A stretch of 64,000 nt of DNA from Candidatus Levybacteria bacterium RIFCSPHIGHO2_01_FULL_37_17 (GCA_001782035.1 MFNL01000001.1:212648-276647), one strand, 5' to 3'; shown: positions 43,001-53,388, counted from the first letter of the stretch. Numbers and translations: made by a program. Notes: generated by a model from the sequence alone, not told the origin.

Positions 43001-45682
43001 ATGATTGGGTTTTTAAACAAATTCTTCGATACTAATGAAAAAGAAATAAACAAATTGACTCCTATTGTTGAAAAAATAAATTTATACACGGAGGATTTTA
43101 AAAAATTAAAATTATCCGACTTTTCTAAAAAAACAGAAGACTTTAAAAATAAAATTTCCAGAGGAGAGCCACTAGAAACTATTATCCCACAGGCTTTCGC
43201 TCTGGTTCGGGAAGCATCCAGAAGAACAACAGGACTCGTACATTTTGACGTACAGCTAATGGCGGGCATTGCACTTTCTATGGGAAAAATTTCAGAGCAA
43301 AAAACAGGAGAAGGAAAAACGCTTTCTGCAACACCCGCTTTATATTTGCATGCCTTAACAGGAAAAAATGTTCATCTTGTAACAGTTAATGATTATTTAG
43401 CAAGAAGAGATGCGGGATGGATGGGTCCTATATTTAGCCTTCTGGGAATTAGCGTCTCTTCAATTATTAATGAAGAGTCTTTTATTTTCGACCCAACATT
43501 TGAGGCGAAAGATGTTGGGGACAGTCGTCTTTTACATCTAAAGCCAATAACAAGAAAAGAGGCTTATGAAGCGGATATTGTTTACGGAATAAATTCCGAG
43601 TTCGGGTTCGATTATTTAAGAGACAATATGTCACAGGATAAAAGCCAGCTCGTGCAAAGAGGGTTTTACTTCGCAATAGTAGATGAGGTCGACTCAGTTT
43701 TAATAGATGAAGCAAGAACCCCCCATATTATATCAGCACCTGACGAAGCTCCGACCCAAAAATATTACGAATATGCAAAACTTGTTGAGAAATTATCGTC
43801 CGAGACAGACTATAAAATAGATGAGAAGTTGCGTACTGCTCATCTTACAGAACACGGTATTGGAAAAATAGAAAAACTTTACGGGATTGAAAACATTTAT
43901 GAGAAGGATTTTGATACCGTTTATCATTTGGAGGCCGCATTAAAAGCAAGAACCTTATTCCATAAGGAAAAGGACTATATTGTAAAAGATGGTGAAGTAA
44001 TTCTAGTTGATGAATTTACAGGCCGACTCATGGTCGGAAGAAGGCTTTCTGAAGGCCTTCACCAGGCAATTGAAGCAAAAGAAAACGTTCCGATACAAAG
44101 AGAATCCAAAACTCTAGCTACAGTTTCTTTGCAGAATTATTTCAGGCAATACGATCTCCTTGCAGGAATGACAGGAACAGCAGTAACAGAAGCGGAAGAA
44201 TTCAACAAAATTTATAAATTAGATGTTGTCGTAGTTCCAACGCATAGACAAATGATAAGAAAAGACTTATCTGATGCAATTTATAAAACCGCAAGAGCAA
44301 AATATAGCGCAGTAGCTTCCGAAATTGAAAAAGCTCATAAAACTGGACAGCCTGTTTTAGTTGGAACCACCTCGATTGATAAAAATGAAATAATCGCCGA
44401 GCTTTTAAGACGAAGGGGAATAAAACATGAAGTGTTAAATGCGAAAAACCACGAGAGGGAAGCAGAAATTATCGCAAAAGCAGGAGAAAAAGGCGCGGTA
44501 ACCGTTGCAACTAACATGGCTGGAAGAGGAGTCGATATTATTTTAGGCGGTGACACTCCTAAAAATACAGATGGAACCGAAAACAAAAGTTCAAAAGAAT
44601 GGGAAACGTGGCAAAAACGACACGACGAAGTTGTTGAACTCGGAGGGTTATATGTTATAGGAACCGAAAGACATGAGTCAAGAAGAATTGATAACCAGCT
44701 GCGAGGAAGGTCTGGCAGGCAAGGGGATCCGGGAATGTCGCAATTTTTTGTTGGACTTGATGATGAAATCATGAGGCTTTTTGGCGGAGAAACAATATCT
44801 TCTCTTATGACTCGCTTTAATATGCCCGAAGACGTTCCACTGCAGCATCCTTTAGTTTCGCGCGCAATTGAGCAAGCACAAGTAAAAGTCGAAGGATATA
44901 ACTTTGATATTAGAAAGCACTTAGTGGAATATGATGATGTTTTAAATAAACAGAGGGAAATAATTTACTCAAGAAGACTTTCTGCATTAGGTATGGATGA
45001 AAAATCAAAAGAATTAAAAGATGAAATTAAAAATAAAATTCATGAGAATATCGCACAAACTATTATTATGTACTCCGAAAATTTTCAGGATAGTAAATCG
45101 CCATCGTTGCAAATCGCAGAAAAATTTGCAACGGTTATTCCATTCGATGAGCAATCCATTGGACAGCTCGCCAAACAATTAGAACAGTTAGGCTCAGTAG
45201 ATCAAAAAACAGAATTTCTTACAAAAATAGCCGACGATTTGTACGAAAACAAAGAAAAAGAATTAGGAGAAAGTTTAATGAGGCAAGTTGAAAAATTCGT
45301 TGTACTTTCGGTAATTGATAATTTATGGGTAGACCATTTGGACGCAATTGATAATTTAAGGCAAGGGATAGGACTTAGAGGATACGGCCAAAAAGACCCG
45401 TTAGTTGAGTATAAAAACGAAGCATTTTCTATGTTTGATACCCTTATAAACACAGTGGAGGATGAAATTGTACATAGAGTTTATAAAATCCATGTACACC
45501 AAGAGGCACCTTTAGAGAGCCCTCTTAACAGACCTGGAGTTGTTGAAAATGCAGCGGGTTCTAATATAGTTCCTGAAGTATCACCGCAAGAACAAGCTAA
45601 AGCCAAAAAGAGACTTGGAAGAAACGATCCCTGCTGGTGTGGAAGCGGAAAAAAATACAAAAAATGTCACTGGCCTAATTAA
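43001..45682 (+). CDS. secA: preprotein translocase ATPase SecA
   Basis: The DEAD motor motifs and the C-terminal zinc-binding CWCGSGKKYKKCH are present. Confidence 0.95.
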   Translation: MIGFLNKFFDTNEKEINKLTPIVEKINLYTEDFKKLKLSDFSKKTEDFKNKISRGEPLETIIPQAFALVREASRRTTGLVHFDVQLMAGIALSMGKISEQKTGEGKTLSATPALYLHALTGKNVHLVTVNDYLARRDAGWMGPIFSLLGISVSSIINEESFIFDPTFEAKDVGDSRLLHLKPITRKEAYEADIVYGINSEFGFDYLRDNMSQDKSQLVQRGFYFAIVDEVDSVLIDEARTPHIISAPDEAPTQKYYEYAKLVEKLSSETDYKIDEKLRTAHLTEHGIGKIEKLYGIENIYEKDFDTVYHLEAALKARTLFHKEKDYIVKDGEVILVDEFTGRLMVGRRLSEGLHQAIEAKENVPIQRESKTLATVSLQNYFRQYDLLAGMTGTAVTEAEEFNKIYKLDVVVVPTHRQMIRKDLSDAIYKTARAKYSAVASEIEKAHKTGQPVLVGTTSIDKNEIIAELLRRRGIKHEVLNAKNHEREAEIIAKAGEKGAVTVATNMAGRGVDIILGGDTPKNTDGTENKSSKEWETWQKRHDEVVELGGLYVIGTERHESRRIDNQLRGRSGRQGDPGMSQFFVGLDDEIMRLFGGETISSLMTRFNMPEDVPLQHPLVSRAIEQAQVKVEGYNFDIRKHLVEYDDVLNKQREIIYSRRLSALGMDEKSKELKDEIKNKIHENIAQTIIMYSENFQDSKSPSLQIAEKFATVIPFDEQSIGQLAKQLEQLGSVDQKTEFLTKIADDLYENKEKELGESLMRQVEKFVVLSVIDNLWVDHLDAIDNLRQGIGLRGYGQKDPLVEYKNEAFSMFDTLINTVEDEIVHRVYKIHVHQEAPLESPLNRPGVVENAAGSNIVPEVSPQEQAKAKKRLGRNDPCWCGSGKKYKKCHWPN

Positions 45683-45701
45683 AAATTCAGATATTTTCGC
45701 T

Positions 45702-46175
45702 ATGAGTAATAGAAACATATTTATAGTATCAACAGCTTTGATAGCAATAATAGTTGGCGTGTTGCTTGTTATAAATCAAGTATCTAGGCCAGTTCAAAAT
45801 CAAGAAAAAACGGTTGCAAAGGGCAACATTATAAATAAAGAGACTTCTGACAATTCTAGGTATATCGCATATTCAAAAGATATTTTAAAAAATTCTCAAA
45901 ATACCAGAAGAGTTTTGTACTTTTATGCAAACTGGTGTCCAACATGTCTTCCTGCAAATGATGATTTAAGTTCAAAAGCGGACCAAATCCCAAGCGACGT
46001 AACGGTAATAAGAGTAAATTATAATGATTCTGATACAGATGAAGACGAAAAAGAACTTGCAAGGAAGTATGGAATAACATACCAACACACATTTGTACAA
46101 ATAGATTCCGAAGGAAAAGAGATAGCCAAATGGAACGGTGGTCAACTAAAAGAGCTTCTGGAAAATATTAAATAA
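45702..46175 (+). CDS. membrane-anchored thioredoxin-like protein (WCPTC active site)
   Basis: A TM helix precedes ..YFYANWCPTC... ATG 45702 lies after the secA stop, and the ORF-track start at 45615 overlaps secA. Confidence 0.6.
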   Translation: MSNRNIFIVSTALIAIIVGVLLVINQVSRPVQNQEKTVAKGNIINKETSDNSRYIAYSKDILKNSQNTRRVLYFYANWCPTCLPANDDLSSKADQIPSDVTVIRVNYNDSDTDEDEKELARKYGITYQHTFVQIDSEGKEIAKWNGGQLKELLENIK

Positions 46176-46178
46176 TTA

Positions 46179-47873
46179 ATGATTTTACTTATTGCTTTTG
46201 CCTTTTTAGCAGGAATCGTAACGATACTTTCTCCCTGCATTCTACCAATTTTACCTGTCGTTTTATCATCCTCAATCGATACTACAGGTATAAGACGACC
46301 AATCGGAATAGTTATGGGCTTCATTTTAAGCTTCACTTTTTTTACTTTATTTCTTTCTACGATTGTTAAAATAAGCGGAATTCCGGCAGATATTTTAAGG
46401 CTTTTTTCGGTCATTGTAATAGCTTCGTTTGGCCTTTCTTTATTAACCCCCCAATTTCAAATTTTAACGGAGAGATTATTTTCAAAACTGTCGGCCCTAG
46501 TTCCGAACGGGCAGAAAAAGACAGGCTTTCATGGAGGTTTGTTAATTGGATTGTCATTGGGATTGCTATGGACTCCATGTGTAGGGCCAATTCTTGCTTC
46601 TGTTATATCGCTTGCAATTACAGGCGAAGTTACATTTAATGCGGTTTTAATTACCTTGGCATTTTCTTTAGGAACTGCAATTCCGATGTTTTTAATAATG
46701 GTAGGCGGACAGAGCGCATTAAAAAAAGTACCTTGGCTTGTGTCTAATACTATAAAAATTCAAAAAGCGTTTGGAGTAATAATGATAATTACAGCCATTG
46801 CAATATTATTTAATTTCGATAGAAAATTTCAATCTCTTGTTTTGGAGAAATTTCCAAATTACGGTGTCGGATTAACCAAGCTTGAGGATAATGAAGCGGT
46901 TAGAGAACAGTTAAAAAAAATTAACTCAACTGAAGTAAAAAAAGAAGATATGGGAAAACCAATGTCGGATTTTGTACAAAAAGGTCCTCCCGCGCCAGAA
47001 ATAATTGAAGGAGGAAAGTGGTTTAATAGCAAGTCATTAACACTAGCAGAATTAAGAGGAAAAGTGGTTTTGATTGATTTTTGGACATATTCTTGTATTA
47101 ATTGCCAAAGAACCCTACCCTATCTTCGCCAATGGTATGAAAAATATAATGATAAAGGGTTAGTAATTATTGGAGTTCATTCACCGGAGTTTGAGTTTGA
47201 AAAAAGTGAAAAAAATGTAGCGCAAGCAATTGCCGATTTTAAACTAAAATATCCAATTGTTCAGGACAACAACTTTGCCACTTGGCGCGCATATAGTAAT
47301 CAGTACTGGCCGGCAAAATATTTTATAGATAAAGACGGATTTATTCGTTACGTACATTTTGGCGAAGGAGCTTACAATGAGAGTGAAAAAGCAATCCAGG
47401 ATTTATTAAAAGAATCGGGTATAAAAAATATTTCTTCTTTGCAGGAAAACGAGGAATATCAATTATATTCCAAAACTCCGGAAACTTATTTAGGTTATGG
47501 TAGAATTTCAAATCTTGCATCTAATGAGCAAATCGAACAAGATGGTTTGAGCAAATATTCTGCTCCGCGAAATCTTCCCGATAATAGCGTTGCATATAAA
47601 GGAGAATGGATTGTGACGAGCGAATATGCAAATCCGCAAAATGGCGCAACGCTTTTTCTTAATTTCGAGGCGAAGGAAGTATATTTGGTAATTAGGCCAA
47701 AAACTGATAAGGCGTCTGTTGAGGTTTATCTTGATGATAAACTTCAAAATTTAATTACAATAGATACGGACAAGCTTTACAGGATAATTAACCTTGAAAC
47801 CCCTGGTAGACATAATCTTCGTTTAGAGTTTTTAGATAAAAACGCAGAAGTCTACGCATTCACCTTTGGATAA
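46179..47873 (+). CDS. CcdA/DsbD-like thiol-disulfide transporter fused to a TlpA-like thioredoxin domain and a C-terminal beta-rich domain
   Basis: The TM region carries the two CcdA cysteines (LSPCILP, WTPCVGP). The thioredoxin fold follows with FWTYSCINCQR, then a roughly 230-aa C-terminal domain. Confidence 0.65.
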   Translation: MILLIAFAFLAGIVTILSPCILPILPVVLSSSIDTTGIRRPIGIVMGFILSFTFFTLFLSTIVKISGIPADILRLFSVIVIASFGLSLLTPQFQILTERLFSKLSALVPNGQKKTGFHGGLLIGLSLGLLWTPCVGPILASVISLAITGEVTFNAVLITLAFSLGTAIPMFLIMVGGQSALKKVPWLVSNTIKIQKAFGVIMIITAIAILFNFDRKFQSLVLEKFPNYGVGLTKLEDNEAVREQLKKINSTEVKKEDMGKPMSDFVQKGPPAPEIIEGGKWFNSKSLTLAELRGKVVLIDFWTYSCINCQRTLPYLRQWYEKYNDKGLVIIGVHSPEFEFEKSEKNVAQAIADFKLKYPIVQDNNFATWRAYSNQYWPAKYFIDKDGFIRYVHFGEGAYNESEKAIQDLLKESGIKNISSLQENEEYQLYSKTPETYLGYGRISNLASNEQIEQDGLSKYSAPRNLPDNSVAYKGEWIVTSEYANPQNGATLFLNFEAKEVYLVIRPKTDKASVEVYLDDKLQNLITIDTDKLYRIINLETPGRHNLRLEFLDKNAEVYAFTFG

Positions 47874-47890
47874 TTTGTTATTATTTAATT

Positions 47891-48760
47891 ATGCCTAAGA
47901 AAAATAGCAGGCAATACGAACATCTTAGAAATGTTTGGGCCAAAAAACATAAAGATCTACAGACAGAATTATTTTCAAAACACAAAGACGCATTTGATTG
48001 GTTAGAAGCAAACTCAAAGCAAGTTGTTGTTGGGTCTGCAGCAGGCCTTTACCTTTTAACGTCTCCAATCGTTGCTCAGATACCACAAAGTTTTACTGCT
48101 TCTGCCCAGACTCAACCCATAGATAAAAAAGTATTTTTAGTTTATGATTTAAAAAATGTATTACCAAATGAAATACGACAGTTAAACATAGATGAAGAAG
48201 AGAAAGTTATTGAAGTTTTGGACAGAACGTTTGGAATTAGCGTGAAAGGTGAGCTTTCTGGAATTAGGTTAAACACCCAATACGGTTTAATTGGCCAGGA
48301 ACAACATTTAGCAAGATTCCCAGGAGATAATATTTATTCGCATTTTGACACACCGGATGATTCTCAGGAGTATTTCAAATATGGTATGGCGCCTGGACTT
48401 GGTGCATGGAGATACTTTGCTGACAGTAAAGAAAGTATGAATGAAGAAGAAAACTCAAGGGAAAAATATTACATTGCGGTTCAAACCTTTCTTGCTCAAG
48501 GATTTAATGAAAATAGAGCAAGATACGTTGAGTTTTTCAAATACAGAAAAATGTTAGTGGTAAATCCGCAAAATGGAAAAGCAGTCGTTGCCGTAATCGG
48601 AGATGCTGGCCCTGCGGAATGGACGGGAAAGCATTTAGGTGGATCGCCTGAAGTCATGAGCTATCTTGAAAGATACGACGGAAGAGCCCGCGGTCCCGTT
48701 TTATATTTTTTTATAGATGATCCTGAGAATAAAATTCCGTTGGGTCCAATAAATCCGTGA
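47891..48760 (+). CDS. hypothetical membrane-anchored protein with a possible DPBB/3D-like C-terminus
   Basis: A single TM helix is present. The C-terminal ..VVAVIGDAGPAEWTGKHLGGSPEVMSYL.. weakly resembles the RlpA/MltA double-psi beta-barrel signature. Confidence 0.3.
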   Translation: MPKKNSRQYEHLRNVWAKKHKDLQTELFSKHKDAFDWLEANSKQVVVGSAAGLYLLTSPIVAQIPQSFTASAQTQPIDKKVFLVYDLKNVLPNEIRQLNIDEEEKVIEVLDRTFGISVKGELSGIRLNTQYGLIGQEQHLARFPGDNIYSHFDTPDDSQEYFKYGMAPGLGAWRYFADSKESMNEEENSREKYYIAVQTFLAQGFNENRARYVEFFKYRKMLVVNPQNGKAVVAVIGDAGPAEWTGKHLGGSPEVMSYLERYDGRARGPVLYFFIDDPENKIPLGPINP

Positions 48761-49104
48761 AGCATAAGCATTTTTACTCATATTTGATAGAGTCAACAGA
48801 TATAACCCTTGAGCTGGGAGAACTACGCATTAAAAAAGAAGAAAGGTTGCATCTGCTTTCATTAGTTGATGCGAATCTTCATAGTAGTGTTGTTGCGACA
48901 GTTTTAGAACAGCTTGATAGAGAAGATAAAAAGATTTTTCTTAAGAATCTAAGCGAGGGTACTCATGACAAGATATGGCGACATTTAAATCTAAAAATCA
49001 AAAACGCAGAAGAAAGAATTCAAGCCTCAGTTAGAAAGGTTACAAAAGAACTGGTAGATGATATTCGTAAAGCCCATAAATTAAATAAAAACTCCAAATC
49101 TTGA
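48757..49104 (+). CDS. hypothetical protein (115 aa)
   Basis: The ORF is 4-bp start/stop coupled to the preceding gene and has no recognisable motif. Confidence 0.3.
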   Translation: MKHKHFYSYLIESTDITLELGELRIKKEERLHLLSLVDANLHSSVVATVLEQLDREDKKIFLKNLSEGTHDKIWRHLNLKIKNAEERIQASVRKVTKELVDDIRKAHKLNKNSKS

Positions 49105-49398
49105 TAAATCTACTTTTTCTTCGTTAAATTTTATTCCCTCATTCTCAAGCATGTCCTTTTGAACATGAGGGCCACCAAAAGCGTAGCCTTCTGCTATTTT
49201 ACCATTTGCCTTTATTACCCTATGACAGGGAATTTTGTCCGGAGTTTTGTTTGAATTGAGTGCAAATCCTACAATTCTTGGATCAACCCCTACAATTTTG
49301 GAAAGAGCCCCATATGTTGTTACTTTACCTTTCGGAACTTTCGCAACCAAATCAAGAATTTTATCAAATGTGTTCATTATTTTATTAATATATACCAA
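49081..49398 (-). CDS. ogt: methylated-DNA--protein-cysteine methyltransferase, DNA-binding/active-site domain only (Ogt/MGMT family)
   Basis: The sequence ..VPKGKVTTYG.LS..VG.. and the active site IPCHRVI are present. Confidence 0.7.
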   Translation of the reverse strand: MVYINKIMNTFDKILDLVAKVPKGKVTTYGALSKIVGVDPRIVGFALNSNKTPDKIPCHRVIKANGKIAEGYAFGGPHVQKDMLENEGIKFNEEKVDLSRFGVFI

Positions 49399-50150
49399 AA
49401 TATAATTGCTGCCAATACTCTATAAATTCCAAAAGCGAGAAAGCTATGATTTTGCAAATAATTTAGAAACCATTTAACAACTACTAATGCTGTAATAAAA
49501 CTTCCAAAGAAACCAAGAATCAGAAGAAGCCACTGGTTTGAAGAAAACACAAAATTACTTTTAGCTAAATCGAGCCCGGTTGCTGCAAGCATGGTAGGGA
49601 TGGCGAGCAAAAAAGAAAATTCAGCCGCCGCTTTTCTTTTCGTACCCAAGAACAAAGCTGGAATTATAGTAGCTGCAGACCTAGAAACACCAGGGATTAC
49701 TGCAAATGATTGAAATGCGCCTATTAAAAACGCATTGGTATAGGAAATTTTTTCTATAGACTGAGCATAGTGCTGTTTTTCCTTATGAAGTAGTTCAAGG
49801 ATAATAAGGATGATTCCTCCTGTTAGCATTGCAATTATGGTTATATAGAAATTCCCTAAAAGAAAGTTCTTTATGAAGTTAAAAAGCAAAAATCCAACTA
49901 TAGCAGTTGGTATAAAAGCGGTTATAATTTTTTTCCAAACTTGGCTATTTTGTAAAAACTGCCTAAAATATAAAAACACAATAGACATTATTGCTCCAAG
50001 TTGAATTACTATTTCAAAATCCTTGACAAAGTTTGATTGTTCAATATTTAAAATTTTTGCGGCAATAATGAGGTGTCCGGTTGAGGATATAGGTAAAAAT
50101 TCGGTAATGCCCTCAACTGCAGAAAAAATAATTACATTTAAAACATCCAT
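49377..50150 (-). CDS. uppP: undecaprenyl-diphosphatase (UppP/BacA)
   Basis: The sequence ..VEGITEFLPISSTGHLII.. and ..PGVSRSAATI.. match UppP. Confidence 0.85.
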   Translation of the reverse strand: MDVLNVIIFSAVEGITEFLPISSTGHLIIAAKILNIEQSNFVKDFEIVIQLGAIMSIVFLYFRQFLQNSQVWKKIITAFIPTAIVGFLLFNFIKNFLLGNFYITIIAMLTGGIILIILELLHKEKQHYAQSIEKISYTNAFLIGAFQSFAVIPGVSRSAATIIPALFLGTKRKAAAEFSFLLAIPTMLAATGLDLAKSNFVFSSNQWLLLILGFFGSFITALVVVKWFLNYLQNHSFLAFGIYRVLAAIIFWYILIK

Positions 50151-50153
50151 TAA

Positions 50154-50558
50154 TTGATTATAACAATTTTGTTTGCAAAGGGCTTTCTTTTAACCTACAA
50201 TTATTTCATGAAGCCGGTAAAAGATGAAGCTAATTGGGACAAAAAGAAAATATTTATTTTTTTCTCCGTTTTAATATTAATTTTATTGTTTCTGTCATAT
50301 CGATTAGTGCAGTTTAACACTTCTGAGCCGGCAGAATTGCCCAATTCCCAAATTAAGGGCATTAGCGCTGATGATTTGTCGAAAAATGTAAAAGAAACAA
50401 TTTCTAATTTGCAAAAGCAAGCAGAGAATCTTGATATCGAAGAGGTTGCAACTTCTTCCCCGCAGGTGCAAAAAATAATCAATGATTTAAAATCCTTAAA
50501 AGATGTACCCAAAAACGAACTTAAAAATACATGTGAGCGAATTTGTAATGGCTTGTAA
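50154..50558 (+). CDS. hypothetical small membrane-anchored protein
   Basis: One TM helix is present. The likely start is Met MKPVKDE at 50208. Confidence 0.3.
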   Translation: MIITILFAKGFLLTYNYFMKPVKDEANWDKKKIFIFFSVLILILLFLSYRLVQFNTSEPAELPNSQIKGISADDLSKNVKETISNLQKQAENLDIEEVATSSPQVQKIINDLKSLKDVPKNELKNTCERICNGL

Positions 50559-51826
50559 TGAAGAAAATTAAGAGATTCCTAAAGCTTCTTGGACCGGGAT
50601 TTATTACAGGGGCCTCAGACGATGATCCATCCGGAATCGGTACTTATGCACAAACCGGCGCAGTATTCGGATACAGCCAGGCTTGGACAGCACTTTTTTC
50701 TTTTCCCTTTATGACGGTAATTCAGGAAATATGCGGTAGGGTAGGAATGGTAACCGGAAAAGGAATTGCGAGTGTGATAAGAATACATTATTCAAGAAGA
50801 ATCCTTTTCGGAATTGTTGCGCTTCTTTTTTTTGCCAATACAGTGAATGTCGGAGCAGACTTAGGTGCTATGGCGGCTTCAGGCCAACTTTTGTTCGGAA
50901 TCCCATTCTATCTTTGGCTTTTTTTAATTGCTGCGATCACCTTACTGCTTGAAATATTTGTTCCCTATCCTCTCTATGCTAGATTTCTTAAATATGTAAC
51001 TCTTTCCCTTTTTGCTTATATAATTGTTGCGTTTGTCGTAAAACAACCATGGAGAGAAATTGCTATAAGCACTATTATTCCATCATTCACGTTTTCAAAG
51101 GAATATTTAATGAACATTGTGGCGATATTAGGTACAACAATTTCTGCTTATTTATTTTTCTGGCAAGCAGACCAAGAAGCAGAAGAGGATTTTGTTCAAG
51201 GAAGGCTCAGAACTTACGGGAAAGGAATACCGAAAATCACAACGAAAGATATACGCTCTATGAGATGGGATACAACAATAGGCATGTTTTTTTCTAACAT
51301 TGTTATGTTTTTTATCATTATTACAACAGCTTCAACTCTTTTTGCAAAGGGGATAACTAATATTGAAACTGCAACCCAGGCAGCTGAGGCACTAAGACCA
51401 TTGGCAGGAGATTTCACATACATCCTTTTTGCCGCGGGAATTATGGGAACTGGTTTTCTTGCAATACCAATTCTTGCAGGTTCTGCTTCATATGCACTTT
51501 CGGAAAGCGTGGGATGGAAAGCCGGCTTAAATTATAAATTTAAACAAGCGCACGCTTTCTATTTAGTAATTGCTCTCTCAACAGTTTTAGGAATTCTAAT
51601 TAATTTTATTGGCATAAAACCTTTTCAAATGCTTTATTACACCGCAATTCTAAATGGCTTCATCTCTCCTCCTATAATGATAATGCTTATGCTTGCTTCG
51701 AGTAACAGAAAAATTATGGGAGAGCATATAAATAATCGTTATGTAAACATTGTAGGCTGGTTTATTACAATAGTCATGTCTTTTGCATCTATTGCGCTTC
51801 TTTTATCCATCTTAGGTTTGTACTAA
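50558..51826 (+). CDS. mntH: NRAMP-family divalent metal (Mn2+/Fe2+) transporter
   Basis: The sequence ..GPGFITGASDDDPSGIGTY.QTGA.FGY.. is the NRAMP signature. The product has multiple TM segments. Confidence 0.8.
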   Translation: MKKIKRFLKLLGPGFITGASDDDPSGIGTYAQTGAVFGYSQAWTALFSFPFMTVIQEICGRVGMVTGKGIASVIRIHYSRRILFGIVALLFFANTVNVGADLGAMAASGQLLFGIPFYLWLFLIAAITLLLEIFVPYPLYARFLKYVTLSLFAYIIVAFVVKQPWREIAISTIIPSFTFSKEYLMNIVAILGTTISAYLFFWQADQEAEEDFVQGRLRTYGKGIPKITTKDIRSMRWDTTIGMFFSNIVMFFIIITTASTLFAKGITNIETATQAAEALRPLAGDFTYILFAAGIMGTGFLAIPILAGSASYALSESVGWKAGLNYKFKQAHAFYLVIALSTVLGILINFIGIKPFQMLYYTAILNGFISPPIMIMLMLASSNRKIMGEHINNRYVNIVGWFITIVMSFASIALLLSILGLY

Positions 51827-51852
51827 AAAGCGACCTCTGTTAAAATCAGCCT

Positions 51853-52857
51853 ATGGAAGACTTATTAGAGCGAGCAAAAAAAATTTTAGACAAAGCGGGT
51901 TTGGACGAAAAAAGGCTTATGTTATTTCAGTTGGAGGCTTTATCATCGGAGCCTGATTTTTGGAAAAATCCAAAGGATGCAACAGAAAAAATGAAACAGC
52001 TGGCAAGACTTGCGGAAGAAGTTTCAGAGCTGCAGGCGCTTTCTGATAAAATAAAAAATAAAAATCAAGAGGGATTAGGAGAGCTAGTTTCAAAATTAGA
52101 GAAAATATTATATTTTTCCAACCCCCACGATAAAGGCGGCGCGATACTTTCTCTTCATGCTGGGCAAGGCGGGGTAGAGGCAATGGATTGGACAGAAATG
52201 CTTCTTAGAATGTACAGTAGATTTTTTGAAAAACATGGATGGAAATTTGAGACAATCGACCAAACCCAGGGCGAGGAAGCAGGGATTAAAAGTATAACGA
52301 TTGTAATAGACGGAGAGTACGCTTATGGTTTATTAAAACATGAAGCAGGAGTTCATAGATTGGTCCGGCAATCTCCTTTTAATGCGGACAAATTACGGCA
52401 AACCTCCTTTGCGCTTATTGAAGTTTTACCCAATCTTGAAAATAATGAAAACGTAGATGTTAAAGAAGAAGATTTAGAATGGGATTTTTTTAGAAGCGGC
52501 GGACACGGTGGGCAAAACGTTAATAAAGTATCGACCGCAGTAAGACTTAATCATAAACCAACAGGAATAGTTGTTACTGCTCACGCCGAAAGATATCAGG
52601 GGAAAAACAGGGAGTTTGCTTTGAATATTCTTAAAGGAAAACTTTGGCAGCTTTATGAAGAAGAAAAAAAGAAAGAACAAGCAGCAGCCAAAGGAACATA
52701 TAAAACTCCGGGATGGGGAAACCAAATACGATCCTACGTTTTACATCCTTATAAATTGGTAAAAGATCTTCGCACTGGATATGAGACCTCAGAAACAGAG
52801 GCAGTGTTAAATGGTGAGATTGGAGGCTTTATAGACGAAGAGCTCCGTAAGTTATAA
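51853..52857 (+). CDS. prfB: peptide chain release factor 2 (continuous ORF, no programmed frameshift)
   Basis: The SPF tripeptide (..RQSPFNAD..) and the GGQ motif ([12 protein letters not shown]) are present. Confidence 0.85.
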   Translation: MEDLLERAKKILDKAGLDEKRLMLFQLEALSSEPDFWKNPKDATEKMKQLARLAEEVSELQALSDKIKNKNQEGLGELVSKLEKILYFSNPHDKGGAILSLHAGQGGVEAMDWTEMLLRMYSRFFEKHGWKFETIDQTQGEEAGIKSITIVIDGEYAYGLLKHEAGVHRLVRQSPFNADKLRQTSFALIEVLPNLENNENVDVKEEDLEWDFFRSGGHGGQNVNKVSTAVRLNHKPTGIVVTAHAERYQGKNREFALNILKGKLWQLYEEEKKKEQAAAKGTYKTPGWGNQIRSYVLHPYKLVKDLRTGYETSETEAVLNGEIGGFIDEELRKL

Positions 52858-52878
52858 AAGGTTGATAAAATTTAGAAT

Positions 52879-53388
52879 TTGTGCTTAACTAGATATGGGA
52901 GAATACTCTTTATGGATGAAAATAATACATCTCAACCTACTGGAACAATCATTGAAAATAAGCCTTTAATTCACAAGTTTAGAGAGGTAGGAATGTTCAC
53001 TCCGAAAATTATTACCGTTTTAGTTTTAGTTGTAAGCCTAGGTGTTTTAAGCGGCTATTTACTTTCGACAAGGAATTTAAATTTTTCTTCCAATAATAGC
53101 GCGTCTTCTTCCTCGCAAAATGTTACGGCAAAAGGTACAGTGGTTGGATCTAATGATACTATCACATTTAAAGACACTGCTGAGGGAGTGCTTAAAGAAG
53201 GAGGAATAGACGGTGAGGGCGCTTTTCATCTGGAGAGAGCTGGTGGAGAAAGTCAAAATGTTTACTTAACATCCTCAATTGTTGATTTATCTAAATTTGT
53301 AGACAAAAAAATAAAAGTTTGGGGACAAACTCAGGCTGCGCAACATGCGGGGTGGTTGATGGATGTTGGAAAAGTTGAAGTTCTCTAA
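52879..53388 (+). CDS. hypothetical membrane-anchored/secreted protein
   Basis: A TM helix is followed by a Ser-rich linker and a small beta-rich domain. I recognise no family. Confidence 0.3.
   Translation: MCLTRYGRILFMDENNTSQPTGTIIENKPLIHKFREVGMFTPKIITVLVLVVSLGVLSGYLLSTRNLNFSSNNSASSSSQNVTAKGTVVGSNDTITFKDTAEGVLKEGGIDGEGAFHLERAGGESQNVYLTSSIVDLSKFVDKKIKVWGQTQAAQHAGWLMDVGKVEVL

Noticed and set aside
51853-51960. Programmed +1 frameshift site in prfB
   Set aside because: I looked for an early in-frame TGA preceded by CUU and an SD-like AGGGGG. None is present and the ORF is continuous.
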